IMG/VR virus record: IMGVR_UViG_3300045988_167206
Span: 1-64,000 of that record
DNA length: 64,000 bases
Strand: one strand, 5' to 3'
Origin: a virus
The translations under genes and the position numbers were made by a program. The first letter of the stretch is position 1. Each line of letters starts with the position of its first letter. Under the pieces are notes generated by a model that was not told the origin of the DNA, ran no database searches, and was given only the letters and a program-made list of their open reading frames with translations. Shown here piece after piece: positions 53,046-60,744 of the stretch.

Positions 53046-53402
53046 ATGGATATTATTTATTTTGAGCTTAATAACTGGTTTTGTGGTAGAGATTATCCAA
53101 ATGATGAGCCATTTATTTCATGGATGAGTAATGATTTACAATTAAAATTCGATAACGAAGATTGGATTATTGAAAATAAATTATGTGTAGTAAAAACATT
53201 TGTAGACATGTCTTGTAATTTCTGTATTACTGCCACAAAGGAATGGGTAGAAGAGAATTGTCCTAAATTACTTACAGAATATAATGAGTTTTTAAGATAT
53301 CCTGATAAATATGGAGATACTTATGGAAAATTTGGAACATTATTTTTGGAATATTGTGTAGAAAATATTGGGTTGGAAGATAGAGAAGAAGATGATATTT
53401 AA
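53046..53402 (+). CDS. Hypothetical protein
   Basis: ATG at 53046 after RBS AGAGGAGGAataaat. Confidence 0.5.
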   Translation: MDIIYFELNNWFCGRDYPNDEPFISWMSNDLQLKFDNEDWIIENKLCVVKTFVDMSCNFCITATKEWVEENCPKLLTEYNEFLRYPDKYGDTYGKFGTLFLEYCVENIGLEDREEDDI

Positions 53403-53418
53403 TGAAAGGATATAAGAT

Positions 53419-54174
53419 ATGAATTATTATTTTGATGCTAAAAAAGTAAAAGATGATTGCGTACAGTGGATTAGAGATTATTTTACAAAGAATGGACTAG
53501 ATTGCAATGCAATTGTTGGAATTTCTGGAGGAAAAGATTCTTCTGTTGTGGCTGCACTTTGCGCAGAAGCACTTGGAAAAGATAGGGTTATTGGTATTCT
53601 AATGCCACAGGGAATACAGTCTGATATTGGATATGCTCAAGAACTTTGTGCCGAACTTGATATTGAGAATTATACTATTAATATTGAATCTGCTTATAAA
53701 GCAATTAGAAATCAAGTAAAAGAGACTCTTAATGGGCATTGGAGCCAGCAGAGTGCCATTAATTTACCGGCAAGATTAAGAATGAGCATATTATATGCTT
53801 ATGCACAGACATTAAATGGAAGAGTGGCAAATACATGTAATCTTAGTGAAGATTGGGTAGGATATGCAACACGATACGGAGACTCTGCAGGAGATTTTAG
53901 TCCGCTTGCAAACTTTACAGTTGAAGAAGTAAAAGCTATTGGTAGAGAATTAGGTCTGAATGAGCTTTTAATTGAAAAAGTGCCAACAGATGGTCTTTGC
54001 GGTAAAACAGACGAAGATAACCTTGGTTTTACATATGCAGTTCTTGATAGATATATTAGAACTGGTAAAATTGACGATTTGGAAACCAAGAAGAAAATTG
54101 ATTATCTTCATGAAAAAAATGCGTTTAAGTTAAGATCAATGCCTACATTCAAATATCCACCTTGTCCATTTTAA
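53419..54174 (+). CDS. nadE: NH3-dependent NAD+ synthetase
   Basis: PP-loop GISGGKDSSVVAAL, with downstream ..NLSE..GY.T.YGD and DE..LG..Y..LD motifs. 251 aa. Confidence 0.85.
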   Translation: MNYYFDAKKVKDDCVQWIRDYFTKNGLDCNAIVGISGGKDSSVVAALCAEALGKDRVIGILMPQGIQSDIGYAQELCAELDIENYTINIESAYKAIRNQVKETLNGHWSQQSAINLPARLRMSILYAYAQTLNGRVANTCNLSEDWVGYATRYGDSAGDFSPLANFTVEEVKAIGRELGLNELLIEKVPTDGLCGKTDEDNLGFTYAVLDRYIRTGKIDDLETKKKIDYLHEKNAFKLRSMPTFKYPPCPF

Positions 54175-54186
54175 GGAGAATTAGAT

Positions 54187-54312
54187 ATGAAGCATGATAA
54201 TATTACAAAATGCATAGCATGGATTACAATCTGTATAGCAGTACTCGCCGGCTTATATTGGACAAAATCTCCGTCATGCTTATGGGCGTTCTGGATCCTA
54301 TTACTTATATGA
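54187..54312 (+). CDS. Possible small membrane peptide (41 aa)
   Basis: RBS AAGGAGAattagat. Sequence MKHDNITKCIAWITICIAVLAGLYW...WAFWILLLI. Confidence 0.3.
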   Translation: MKHDNITKCIAWITICIAVLAGLYWTKSPSCLWAFWILLLI

Positions 54313-54320
54313 GGTGTAAA

Positions 54321-54671
54321 ATGAAAAATAAAGATCAAATTAAATATACGATTAACCATAGAAAAGCTTTTCGAAAAGTAGAAAAAGAACTTCTTGGACA
54401 CAACACAGTAAGAAGTTTGTTTCATGACTTAGATAAAGTATTTTTGTACATGGTGTTCGACCATGAGAAAGTACATAATTGGCATAGATATCATAGTAGA
54501 CATCATCTAAAAGCCAGAACTCATGATGATTATGTGCAGATGGCAATTGATTGGGAATGTGCAAGGTTTACTAAACCAGATAAGCCATTAAATGCGAGAG
54601 AAACATTAAAGAAGATTCACCCAGAAGTCACAGATGAAATGCTTCCTGTATTAGAAGAATTGGGACTATGA
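54321..54671 (+). CDS. Small His-rich protein with HD-like motif (DUF5662-like, tentative)
   Basis: The pattern H..(x)..FHDLDK...HRYHSRHH...IDWECA is reminiscent of small HD-like phage proteins. The start was moved to ATG 54321 (RBS tGAGGTGtaaa). Confidence 0.4.
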   Translation: MKNKDQIKYTINHRKAFRKVEKELLGHNTVRSLFHDLDKVFLYMVFDHEKVHNWHRYHSRHHLKARTHDDYVQMAIDWECARFTKPDKPLNARETLKKIHPEVTDEMLPVLEELGL

Positions 54672-54806
54672 ATGAATAAAGAAGATATTGTAGTATTATT
54701 TATTATATTAATTTTTATTGGATTCTTTTGTATGTATTTAATGGCGGCACGTATTTGGAAAGATATAGATAAAGAGATAGAAGAAGACAAACAAAGGAGA
54801 ATACAT

Positions 54807-55325
54807 ATGGCAAAACGAGTAGCAAAGTTCGAAAAAGTATCAAAACAGCAGTTTATTCAGGACTGGCAGCATGAATTTATGGGATCTGAAGAATGGGCTG
54901 GATTTATCTATGATCGAATTAAATTACCAGCAAGAGCAACAAAATTTTCAGCAGGATATGATTTCTTTGCACCAATGGACTTTACACTGAACCCGGGAGA
55001 AACTGTCAAGATCCCTACCGGTATCCGTTGTGGAATCAATACAGACTGGGTATTAATGATTTATCCTCGAAGCGGCCTTGGCTTTAAATATAGAGAAATG
55101 CTTGCAAATACAGTTGGAGTAGTAGATAGCGATTATTTTTATTCAGACAATGAAGGCCATATTTTTATCAAAGTTGTAAATGCCGGAGATAAAACACTTC
55201 ATATTGAAAGCGGGAATGGTTTTGCACAGGGGATTTTTACTGAATATGGTATCACAGAAGATGATCATGTTGAAGCAGAACGAAACGGTGGATTCGGAAG
55301 TACAGATAAAAAGGAACTTAAATAA
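54807..55325 (+). CDS. dut: dUTP diphosphatase (trimeric dUTPase)
   Basis: Motifs AGYDFFAP, IYPRSG, GVVDSDY and RNGGFGSTD. Strong RBS AAAGGAGAatacat before ATG 54807. The ORF also continues in frame upstream to 54672 (see findings). Confidence 0.85.
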   Translation: MAKRVAKFEKVSKQQFIQDWQHEFMGSEEWAGFIYDRIKLPARATKFSAGYDFFAPMDFTLNPGETVKIPTGIRCGINTDWVLMIYPRSGLGFKYREMLANTVGVVDSDYFYSDNEGHIFIKVVNAGDKTLHIESGNGFAQGIFTEYGITEDDHVEAERNGGFGSTDKKELK

Positions 55326-55741
55326 TGGAGAAATGGAAAGAAAAACAATTGAAGGAAGAAGGAATCACAGCAGATAAAATTGCAAAAAATGAATTAACCG
55401 ATGAACAATATAGATCGTTGGTAATGCTTGCAAAATGTATTAATGTTCATCGTCCTTTTAGACCTAAAAAAAGTAGTTCGTATGAAATTGATTATTACTC
55501 ACATATCGTTCAATTTGAAAATCGTTACTTTCATTTAACAGAAACAGTAACCACAGATTTTTGTAAAAGAACCTGTATATTTACTTATAGTGATGTATAT
55601 GAAATGGAACAATGGAAATACGAAGAGGTAGTTCCTGTGACTGAATATGTAAAAAAAGGAGAAATAACACTTTCTGATTTTGAAGCAGAAATTTCAGTAT
55701 TTGGAGGAAGGGTAGTGCCACATGTAAAAAACAAAGATTAG
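55325..55741 (+). CDS. Hypothetical protein
   Basis: TAATG-coupled to dut. 138 aa. Confidence 0.5.
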   Translation: MEKWKEKQLKEEGITADKIAKNELTDEQYRSLVMLAKCINVHRPFRPKKSSSYEIDYYSHIVQFENRYFHLTETVTTDFCKRTCIFTYSDVYEMEQWKYEEVVPVTEYVKKGEITLSDFEAEISVFGGRVVPHVKNKD

Positions 55742-55770
55742 TTTCTAAAAAAATTATGAAAGGATTATTT

Positions 55771-56004
55771 ATGAATATTAGAATTAATGATACAAATGCG
55801 GCCAGAAAGCTTGTTTCTATTGCCAGCAACAAAAAATATGCAGACTACGATATTGATTGCATCTGCGGACGTTATATCATTGATATGAAGTCAATTATGG
55901 GAATGCTTTCATTTGCGCTTCCCACGGATGTAGATATTGTGATCCGGGCAGATGGGGATATAGAAAAAGAGTTTTACGAACATGTTAAACGTATAGCGTC
56001 ATAG
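55771..56004 (+). CDS. HPr-fold protein lacking His15 (Crh-like)
   Basis: It aligns with HPr: DTNAARKLV.. (HPr GIHARPATLLV; His15 replaced by Asn), and the Ser46 region is retained as IIDMKSIMGMLSF (HPr VNLKSIMGVMSL). Confidence 0.45.
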   Translation: MNIRINDTNAARKLVSIASNKKYADYDIDCICGRYIIDMKSIMGMLSFALPTDVDIVIRADGDIEKEFYEHVKRIAS

Positions 56005-56096
56005 ATGTATTACATCTTTATTTGAAAAAAATATGTATATATGATAATATAATGATGAAGTTATCTCATTACATATTTTGAAAGGATAAAGATGTA

Positions 56097-57269
56097 ATGG
56101 GAAAAGATTTAAAAGGTAAAGAACTTGGAAAGGGGATTACACAAAGAAAAGATGGTAGATATCAAGCAAGATTTACTAATCGTTTTGGAAAAAGACAGAC
56201 GATATATGGTAAAACACTTAAAGAAATTAAAAATGCATTACATGAAGAAACTATAAAAGATTTACGAGAAGAAAATGTAAAAAATATTAAATTAACAGTA
56301 GATGAATGGTTTGAAATATGGTCCAAAACATATAAGGAAACTACAATTAAAAAAACTACATTTGCTAAAAATAAAAGAAATTATCAACATCAAATTAAAC
56401 CAGTTATAGGGAATAAAAAAGTCTCCGAAGTAACATCATTTGATATTGTTTCTTTAACCAGTAACATGGCAAAAAAATATACAAAAGGTTTTATAAGAGA
56501 TGTACATGGTATTTTATATGATATGTTCGAACAAGCGTACATAAATGAGCTATGCAAAAAAAATCCTGTTTATGGAACTAAATTTGGTGGAAAACCAAAT
56601 AGAAAAATACAAGCATTAAATATTGAAGATCAAAGTGAATTTTTAAAATCAAGTAAAGATAATTTTTATTATAATGCGTTTGTTGTACAATTAAATACCG
56701 GTTTAAGACTTGGAGAAATCATAGGTTTATGTGTTGAAGATATTGATTTAAAAAATAATATGCTTCATGTTAGACATAATATGATTATGGTTAGGAAAGA
56801 TGGAGATATTCCATCTTATTTAGAAATAAGTACACCAAAAACGAATGCTGGAATTAGAGATGTTCCAATAAATAAAGCATGTAGAAAAGCTTTGATCAAT
56901 CAACTTGAAATGCGATCTAATGTTATTTTTCCACATAAATTTCATCAATTAGTATTTTTTAGTAAAGATAATTTTTTACCAATAAGCCGATCAACATATT
57001 ATCGAAACATTAATAGTGTTGTTAAGAAAATTAATATTAAAAGAGCAAAAAATAATCAACCTCTTATAAAACAGTTTGGATCACATACTTTTAGACATAC
57101 ATTTGCAACGAGATGTTTTGAAGCTGGTATTCCACCTAAAACAGTACAGGTTTTACTAGGACATGCCAGCATACAAATGACATTAGATATTTATACATCT
57201 GTAATGCAAGATAAACGGGTTGAAGACTTAAAAAAATTTGACACTTTGATGGACACGTTATGTTTATAA
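56097..57269 (+). CDS. int: Tyrosine integrase (phage-type site-specific recombinase)
   Basis: N-terminal arm-binding-type region (KDGRYQARFTNRFGKRQTIYGKT), Arg I TGLRLGE, HTFRHTFAT (HxxR), GHASIQMTLDIYTSV (His..Tyr). Confidence 0.9.
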   Translation: MGKDLKGKELGKGITQRKDGRYQARFTNRFGKRQTIYGKTLKEIKNALHEETIKDLREENVKNIKLTVDEWFEIWSKTYKETTIKKTTFAKNKRNYQHQIKPVIGNKKVSEVTSFDIVSLTSNMAKKYTKGFIRDVHGILYDMFEQAYINELCKKNPVYGTKFGGKPNRKIQALNIEDQSEFLKSSKDNFYYNAFVVQLNTGLRLGEIIGLCVEDIDLKNNMLHVRHNMIMVRKDGDIPSYLEISTPKTNAGIRDVPINKACRKALINQLEMRSNVIFPHKFHQLVFFSKDNFLPISRSTYYRNINSVVKKINIKRAKNNQPLIKQFGSHTFRHTFATRCFEAGIPPKTVQVLLGHASIQMTLDIYTSVMQDKRVEDLKKFDTLMDTLCL

Positions 57270-57290
57270 ATGGTGTAAAAATGGTGTCAA
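57268..57290 (+). repeat. Direct repeat copy 1 (tandem AATGGTGTNAA half-sites)
   Basis: aaatggtgtaaaaatggtgtcaa overlaps the integrase stop. It matches 22/23 with the copy at 57656. Confidence 0.8.
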
Positions 57291-57329
57291 TTAAAAGTAA
57301 ACACTGTGGAATACTGTAAAAATAAGTAA

Positions 57330-57656
57330 AGAGTTTCCACCTGTATGTATTACACCGGTATCCATCCGCTTACAGGGGAGAAGGTTTACATTCCGCGTGA
57401 CCCGCATGAAAAAGCCATCCAGCGTGCGCTGATGCAGTATAAGAACCCGGCAAACAGAAGCCTTGTACTGGAGGGGCTCAAGATCGCAGGACGCATGGAT
57501 CTGGTCGGTTTCGGCCCGAAATGTCTGCTCCGCCCGGAGAGAGACCGAAGGAAAGAATCCGGCAGAAATCCATCAGGAGGAGACCGCAGGAAGCCACAGA
57601 ACCAGGGACGTAAGCCCGCAAAGAAAACGATCCGCAATACGCATAAGAAAAAATAA
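57330..57656 (+). pseudogene. 3'-terminal fragment of a host-type ygiQ (UPF0313 radical-SAM) gene
   Basis: The translation ..MYYTGIHPLTGEKVYIPRDPHEKAIQRALMQYKNPANRSLVLEGLKIAGRMDLVGFGPKCLLRP.. followed by a basic tail matches the conserved C-terminus of YgiQ-family proteins. The frame opens only at 57330, there is no radical-SAM core, and the segment is conspicuously GC-richer than the surroundings. Confidence 0.6.
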
Positions 57657-57678
57657 AATGGTGTCAAAATGGTGTCAA
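57656..57678 (+). repeat. Direct repeat copy 2
   Basis: aaatggtgtcaaaatggtgtcaa overlaps the stop of the ygiQ fragment. Confidence 0.8.
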
Positions 57679-57724
57679 AAAAAACTATAAATTACGTAAT
57701 GAGATAACTTTAAATACAATAAAT

Positions 57725-57758
57725 AAAAAGCAGAGGCTCTTTGTAACCTCTGCTTTTT
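57725..57758. terminator. Bidirectional rho-independent terminator
   Basis: AAAAA-GCAGAGG-ctctttgtaa-CCTCTGC-TTTTT. The A-run and T-run flank a GC-rich stem. Confidence 0.75.
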
Positions 57759-57888
57759 ATTGCAATACATCTTTTGGTTTTTGTCTGACCATTTCAGAAT
57801 ACATTTTTATTATACATCAAGTATAAGTGCATTGCAATTTCTAAATTTGTCGAGATTATTCGAAATAAGCATACTTGATGTTAAAAGT

Positions 57889-57921
57889 AAAAAAAGGGAT
57901 ATCACTTAATTGTGATATCCC
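57889..57921 (-). terminator. Rho-independent terminator of the minus-strand lysis operon
   Basis: GGGATATCAC-ttaatt-GTGATATCCC is preceded on the + strand by AAAAAAA, which is a U-tract on the - strand. It lies 134 nt beyond the holin stop. Confidence 0.7.
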
Positions 57922-58054
57922 AAATTTATAGAATAATAATTTAATGCAATGCGTATTTTGCTCTAAAATCGATCTCGTGTCAACTCCCTAAGAAGTTTAC
58001 ACTGAACTATCTAGAAACGATTCTAAGCCATACTACACGCCGTAGAAGCCGCTA

Positions 58055-58321
58055 TTATTCATCCTTTTTTGGCTCGGTATATTCAAGTGCCTGAGTACTA
58101 TCTGTAATACCTGCAGTAGTAGGGTCAGTAACGACTCCTAAGATTGCGAGGATCATAAATACTGCGTTTACAACATCAAGCAGCTTATTTCCGAGATCTC
58201 CAAGGTCAATCTGAATTCCAAATACAGCAGCTACAACCTGAATGAGTAGTAGGACAGCAGGAATTAGAGCAATCCAGAATGCTTTGTTTTTTACACGTAC
58301 TAACCAGTTAATGTTTCTCAT
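58055..58321 (-). CDS. Holin (phi-LC3-type)
   Basis: 88 aa: MRNINWLVRVKNKAFWIALIPAVLLLIQVVAAVF...AILGVVTDPTTAG..EPKKDE. It has two TM helices and a charged C-terminus, and lies adjacent to the endolysin. Confidence 0.8.
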   Translation of the reverse strand: MRNINWLVRVKNKAFWIALIPAVLLLIQVVAAVFGIQIDLGDLGNKLLDVVNAVFMILAILGVVTDPTTAGITDSTQALEYTEPKKDE

Positions 58322-58322
58322 A

Positions 58323-58925
58323 TTAAATTCCTTCTTTCTGTGAGTAAATACTTCCTTTTGGATAGCGAATTTCTAATTCTTCGATCTCTGGAAGCAATTT
58401 TTCATGATAAATATCATCTCCACCGGCAGCCTCATAAAGTTTTCCCATTTCCATAAATGTTTTTAGACCATCCGGGGTAATATATCCTTGAGAGGTAAAA
58501 ATTTTATGCATTTGCCATAATGAACTGCGAAATGATGCAACAGTACGATCATTTTGTATGTCGATGTACGAACTTACCATTTGAGCTAAATCTGATATTT
58601 GATTGCTTAAGCCTTTTTGATTTTGCTTTAATTCATTTCTAATCTGAATACTTTGTTCGTGATAACCCTGTTGCTTCTTATAAAGATTATCTTCTCGGTT
58701 ATCTATTTCTTGAGTAAGTTTTTTTACTGAATCTTCAAGATTTAAAATTTTTTGTTCTTGAGCTTTTTTATAAAGACTGGATTTTGTTTCAAATCCAAAT
58801 ATCTCCATCAACTTTTTCCCAATTGTATATAATGCAATAACAATAAGTGCTATGTACAAAAGGGATATGAGAGCATTAAACTCTCCAATTTCATGAATTT
58901 CTTTTATAGCATTGATTCCATCCAT
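58323..58925 (-). CDS. Membrane-anchored coiled-coil protein in the lysis cassette
   Basis: One TM helix (FNALISLLYIALIVIALYTI) followed by coiled coil. It sits between the endolysin and the holin. Function unknown. Confidence 0.45.
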   Translation of the reverse strand: MDGINAIKEIHEIGEFNALISLLYIALIVIALYTIGKKLMEIFGFETKSSLYKKAQEQKILNLEDSVKKLTQEIDNREDNLYKKQQGYHEQSIQIRNELKQNQKGLSNQISDLAQMVSSYIDIQNDRTVASFRSSLWQMHKIFTSQGYITPDGLKTFMEMGKLYEAAGGDDIYHEKLLPEIEELEIRYPKGSIYSQKEGI

Positions 58926-58944
58926 TCTATTCTCCCTTCGTTAT

Positions 58945-60642
58945 TTATTGTTTTGCAATATATTTTTTAGCAGCGTATCCATAGTACTTTCCTGCAATTC
59001 GGATATAATACCATTCGCTATTATCTTTAGCTTTTACTGTATCACATACATCTACAAGATTTCCTTTTTTAAGCATAGGATAGCTTTTGAGTTGCGTATT
59101 CTCAGTTCCTGCACCAGTACGAACATTTAAAGAATCAGCTGTTATCTTTCCGACAAATTTAGGTGTTTTTGATGGTGCTTTATTCGTAGTAGTATTTTTA
59201 TTCTGTGCAGCGATCACAGCATCAAGTTTTGCAATAGTGTTCTTTCCTGCAATGCCATCGATTTCAAGCTTATATTTAGTCTGGAATGATTTTACAGCAG
59301 ATCTGGTTGCATTACCATAAGAACCATCTACAGCTAATTTATATCCAACCTTATTAAGCTTAGTCTGAAGTGTCTTTACATCAGATCCTGTATCGCCATA
59401 CTGAAGATAATTTTTAGTGTTTGTAGGAGTAATAACAGAAGTGGTTACACCAGAAGTTCCAGATAAAATAGATGTGACAAGAGAATAGTTAGGAGTACAG
59501 AATTTAGTTCCTGGAAGCTGCGAATTATAATAAGATTTCTCGCATACACCGCCACCGTTGGCAACGATCCCAGACGCGCCGGAAGTATTCCCCTCGATAG
59601 TCCAAAATTTGTCTCCTTGAACTCTTGTAACCAAACCGGTATGAGCAAATGTTCCGTTACGATAGAAAATTACAATGTCACCGACTTTAGGATTTGCATT
59701 TTTAGTAAATAGTTCTCCAAGAGTAGGACAATATACATAAGGCCAGTGCTTTAATAATTTTTTGGCTGTTTCAAGTCCAAATACCTTCATGAATAACCAT
59801 GAAATGAAGCAAGCACACCATGGTTGTCCTTGATAAGCTGGATATACATCTCTCCAGTACTTTGTTATATTGTTGTATCCTGCATTAGCTGACTTACTAT
59901 CTAACTGAGCATTTGTTTTCTTTTCAAGATAACCGATCTCATCTGTGGCAATTTTAATCATAGCATTAATTGCCTGATCTTTTGTTACTTTATTTGCTGT
60001 GGTATTATTTGAGGAAGAATTGGTAGAATTACCAAGTAGTTTAGAATTATAACAGATATCTCCGTCAAAATTTTGATTGAATCCAGTTAATCTTGCGCGA
60101 CTAGAATACTGGAAAATATCACATGCAATTGGGGCTTCATGATAAGAGTAGTCAGATTTGTATTGAGCCAACCAAAATACATATCCTTTAGATTTCACAC
60201 GATCAGAATACATATTGTAATAATAATCGGTATTACAATAATATCCAGGTATTAATTTAGCAGCTTTTATTGTATCACAAAAAGCAATTGTAAAATCATT
60301 ACATTCTTTTGATCCAAGAGTAACCCCTTTCGCCTTTGCTTTTTTCACAGTGTCATATTCAAAATCATAAAAGATAATTGGAATATTATAAGGTTTACAA
60401 ATATCCATACATAATTTTGCTTCATTTTTAGCTTGAGTTGCATTTAATGCATATGTAAACCAATAAGCTCCAATAATTTTGATTCCTGTAGATTGACATG
60501 CTTTTGCATATTGATCAAACTTGGGATCTTTTGTTGTGCCATAGCCGGCACGTAAAATAATATAGTTAATTCCCGCAGATTTGAGTTTATTAAAATCGAG
60601 GTTTCCTTGCCAGTAACTAATATCAATTAATTTTGTGGACAT
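58945..60642 (-). CDS. Multidomain endolysin: GH25 muramidase + CHAP + PG_binding_1 + SH3-like
   Basis: GH25 opening IDISYWQG..ILRAGYG; CHAP Cys/His (GQPWCACFISW ... FAHTGLV ... EGN); PG-binding repeat GDTGSDVKTLQTKLN..DGSYGNATRSAV..FQ; C-terminal SH3-like LNVRTGAGT. The start was set at the ATG (60642) behind RBS GGAGGG. Confidence 0.9.
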   Translation of the reverse strand: MSTKLIDISYWQGNLDFNKLKSAGINYIILRAGYGTTKDPKFDQYAKACQSTGIKIIGAYWFTYALNATQAKNEAKLCMDICKPYNIPIIFYDFEYDTVKKAKAKGVTLGSKECNDFTIAFCDTIKAAKLIPGYYCNTDYYYNMYSDRVKSKGYVFWLAQYKSDYSYHEAPIACDIFQYSSRARLTGFNQNFDGDICYNSKLLGNSTNSSSNNTTANKVTKDQAINAMIKIATDEIGYLEKKTNAQLDSKSANAGYNNITKYWRDVYPAYQGQPWCACFISWLFMKVFGLETAKKLLKHWPYVYCPTLGELFTKNANPKVGDIVIFYRNGTFAHTGLVTRVQGDKFWTIEGNTSGASGIVANGGGVCEKSYYNSQLPGTKFCTPNYSLVTSILSGTSGVTTSVITPTNTKNYLQYGDTGSDVKTLQTKLNKVGYKLAVDGSYGNATRSAVKSFQTKYKLEIDGIAGKNTIAKLDAVIAAQNKNTTTNKAPSKTPKFVGKITADSLNVRTGAGTENTQLKSYPMLKKGNLVDVCDTVKAKDNSEWYYIRIAGKYYGYAAKKYIAKQ

Positions 60643-60744
60643 ATAAATCCCTCCTTGTATTTTTAGAACGCGAATATATTTCACGATATAAGAAAAAATA
60701 GAAATGTAAGATTAGAATATTGTATATAGATTATGTGTCAATGT

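Noticed and set aside
54321-54671. Calling the small HD-like protein DatZ (dATP triphosphohydrolase of Z-genome phages).
   Set aside because: It has only a loose H...HD...H-rich pattern and is much shorter than typical HD phosphohydrolases. It looks more like a small DUF-type phage protein, so it is not used as support for a Z-genome.
57386-57690. ORFs 57386-57667 (-) and 57463-57690 (+) within the GC-rich segment.
   Set aside because: They are alternative frames of the captured ygiQ fragment. GC-rich DNA gives long spurious ORFs, and only the 57330-57656 frame shows recognisable YgiQ C-terminal similarity.
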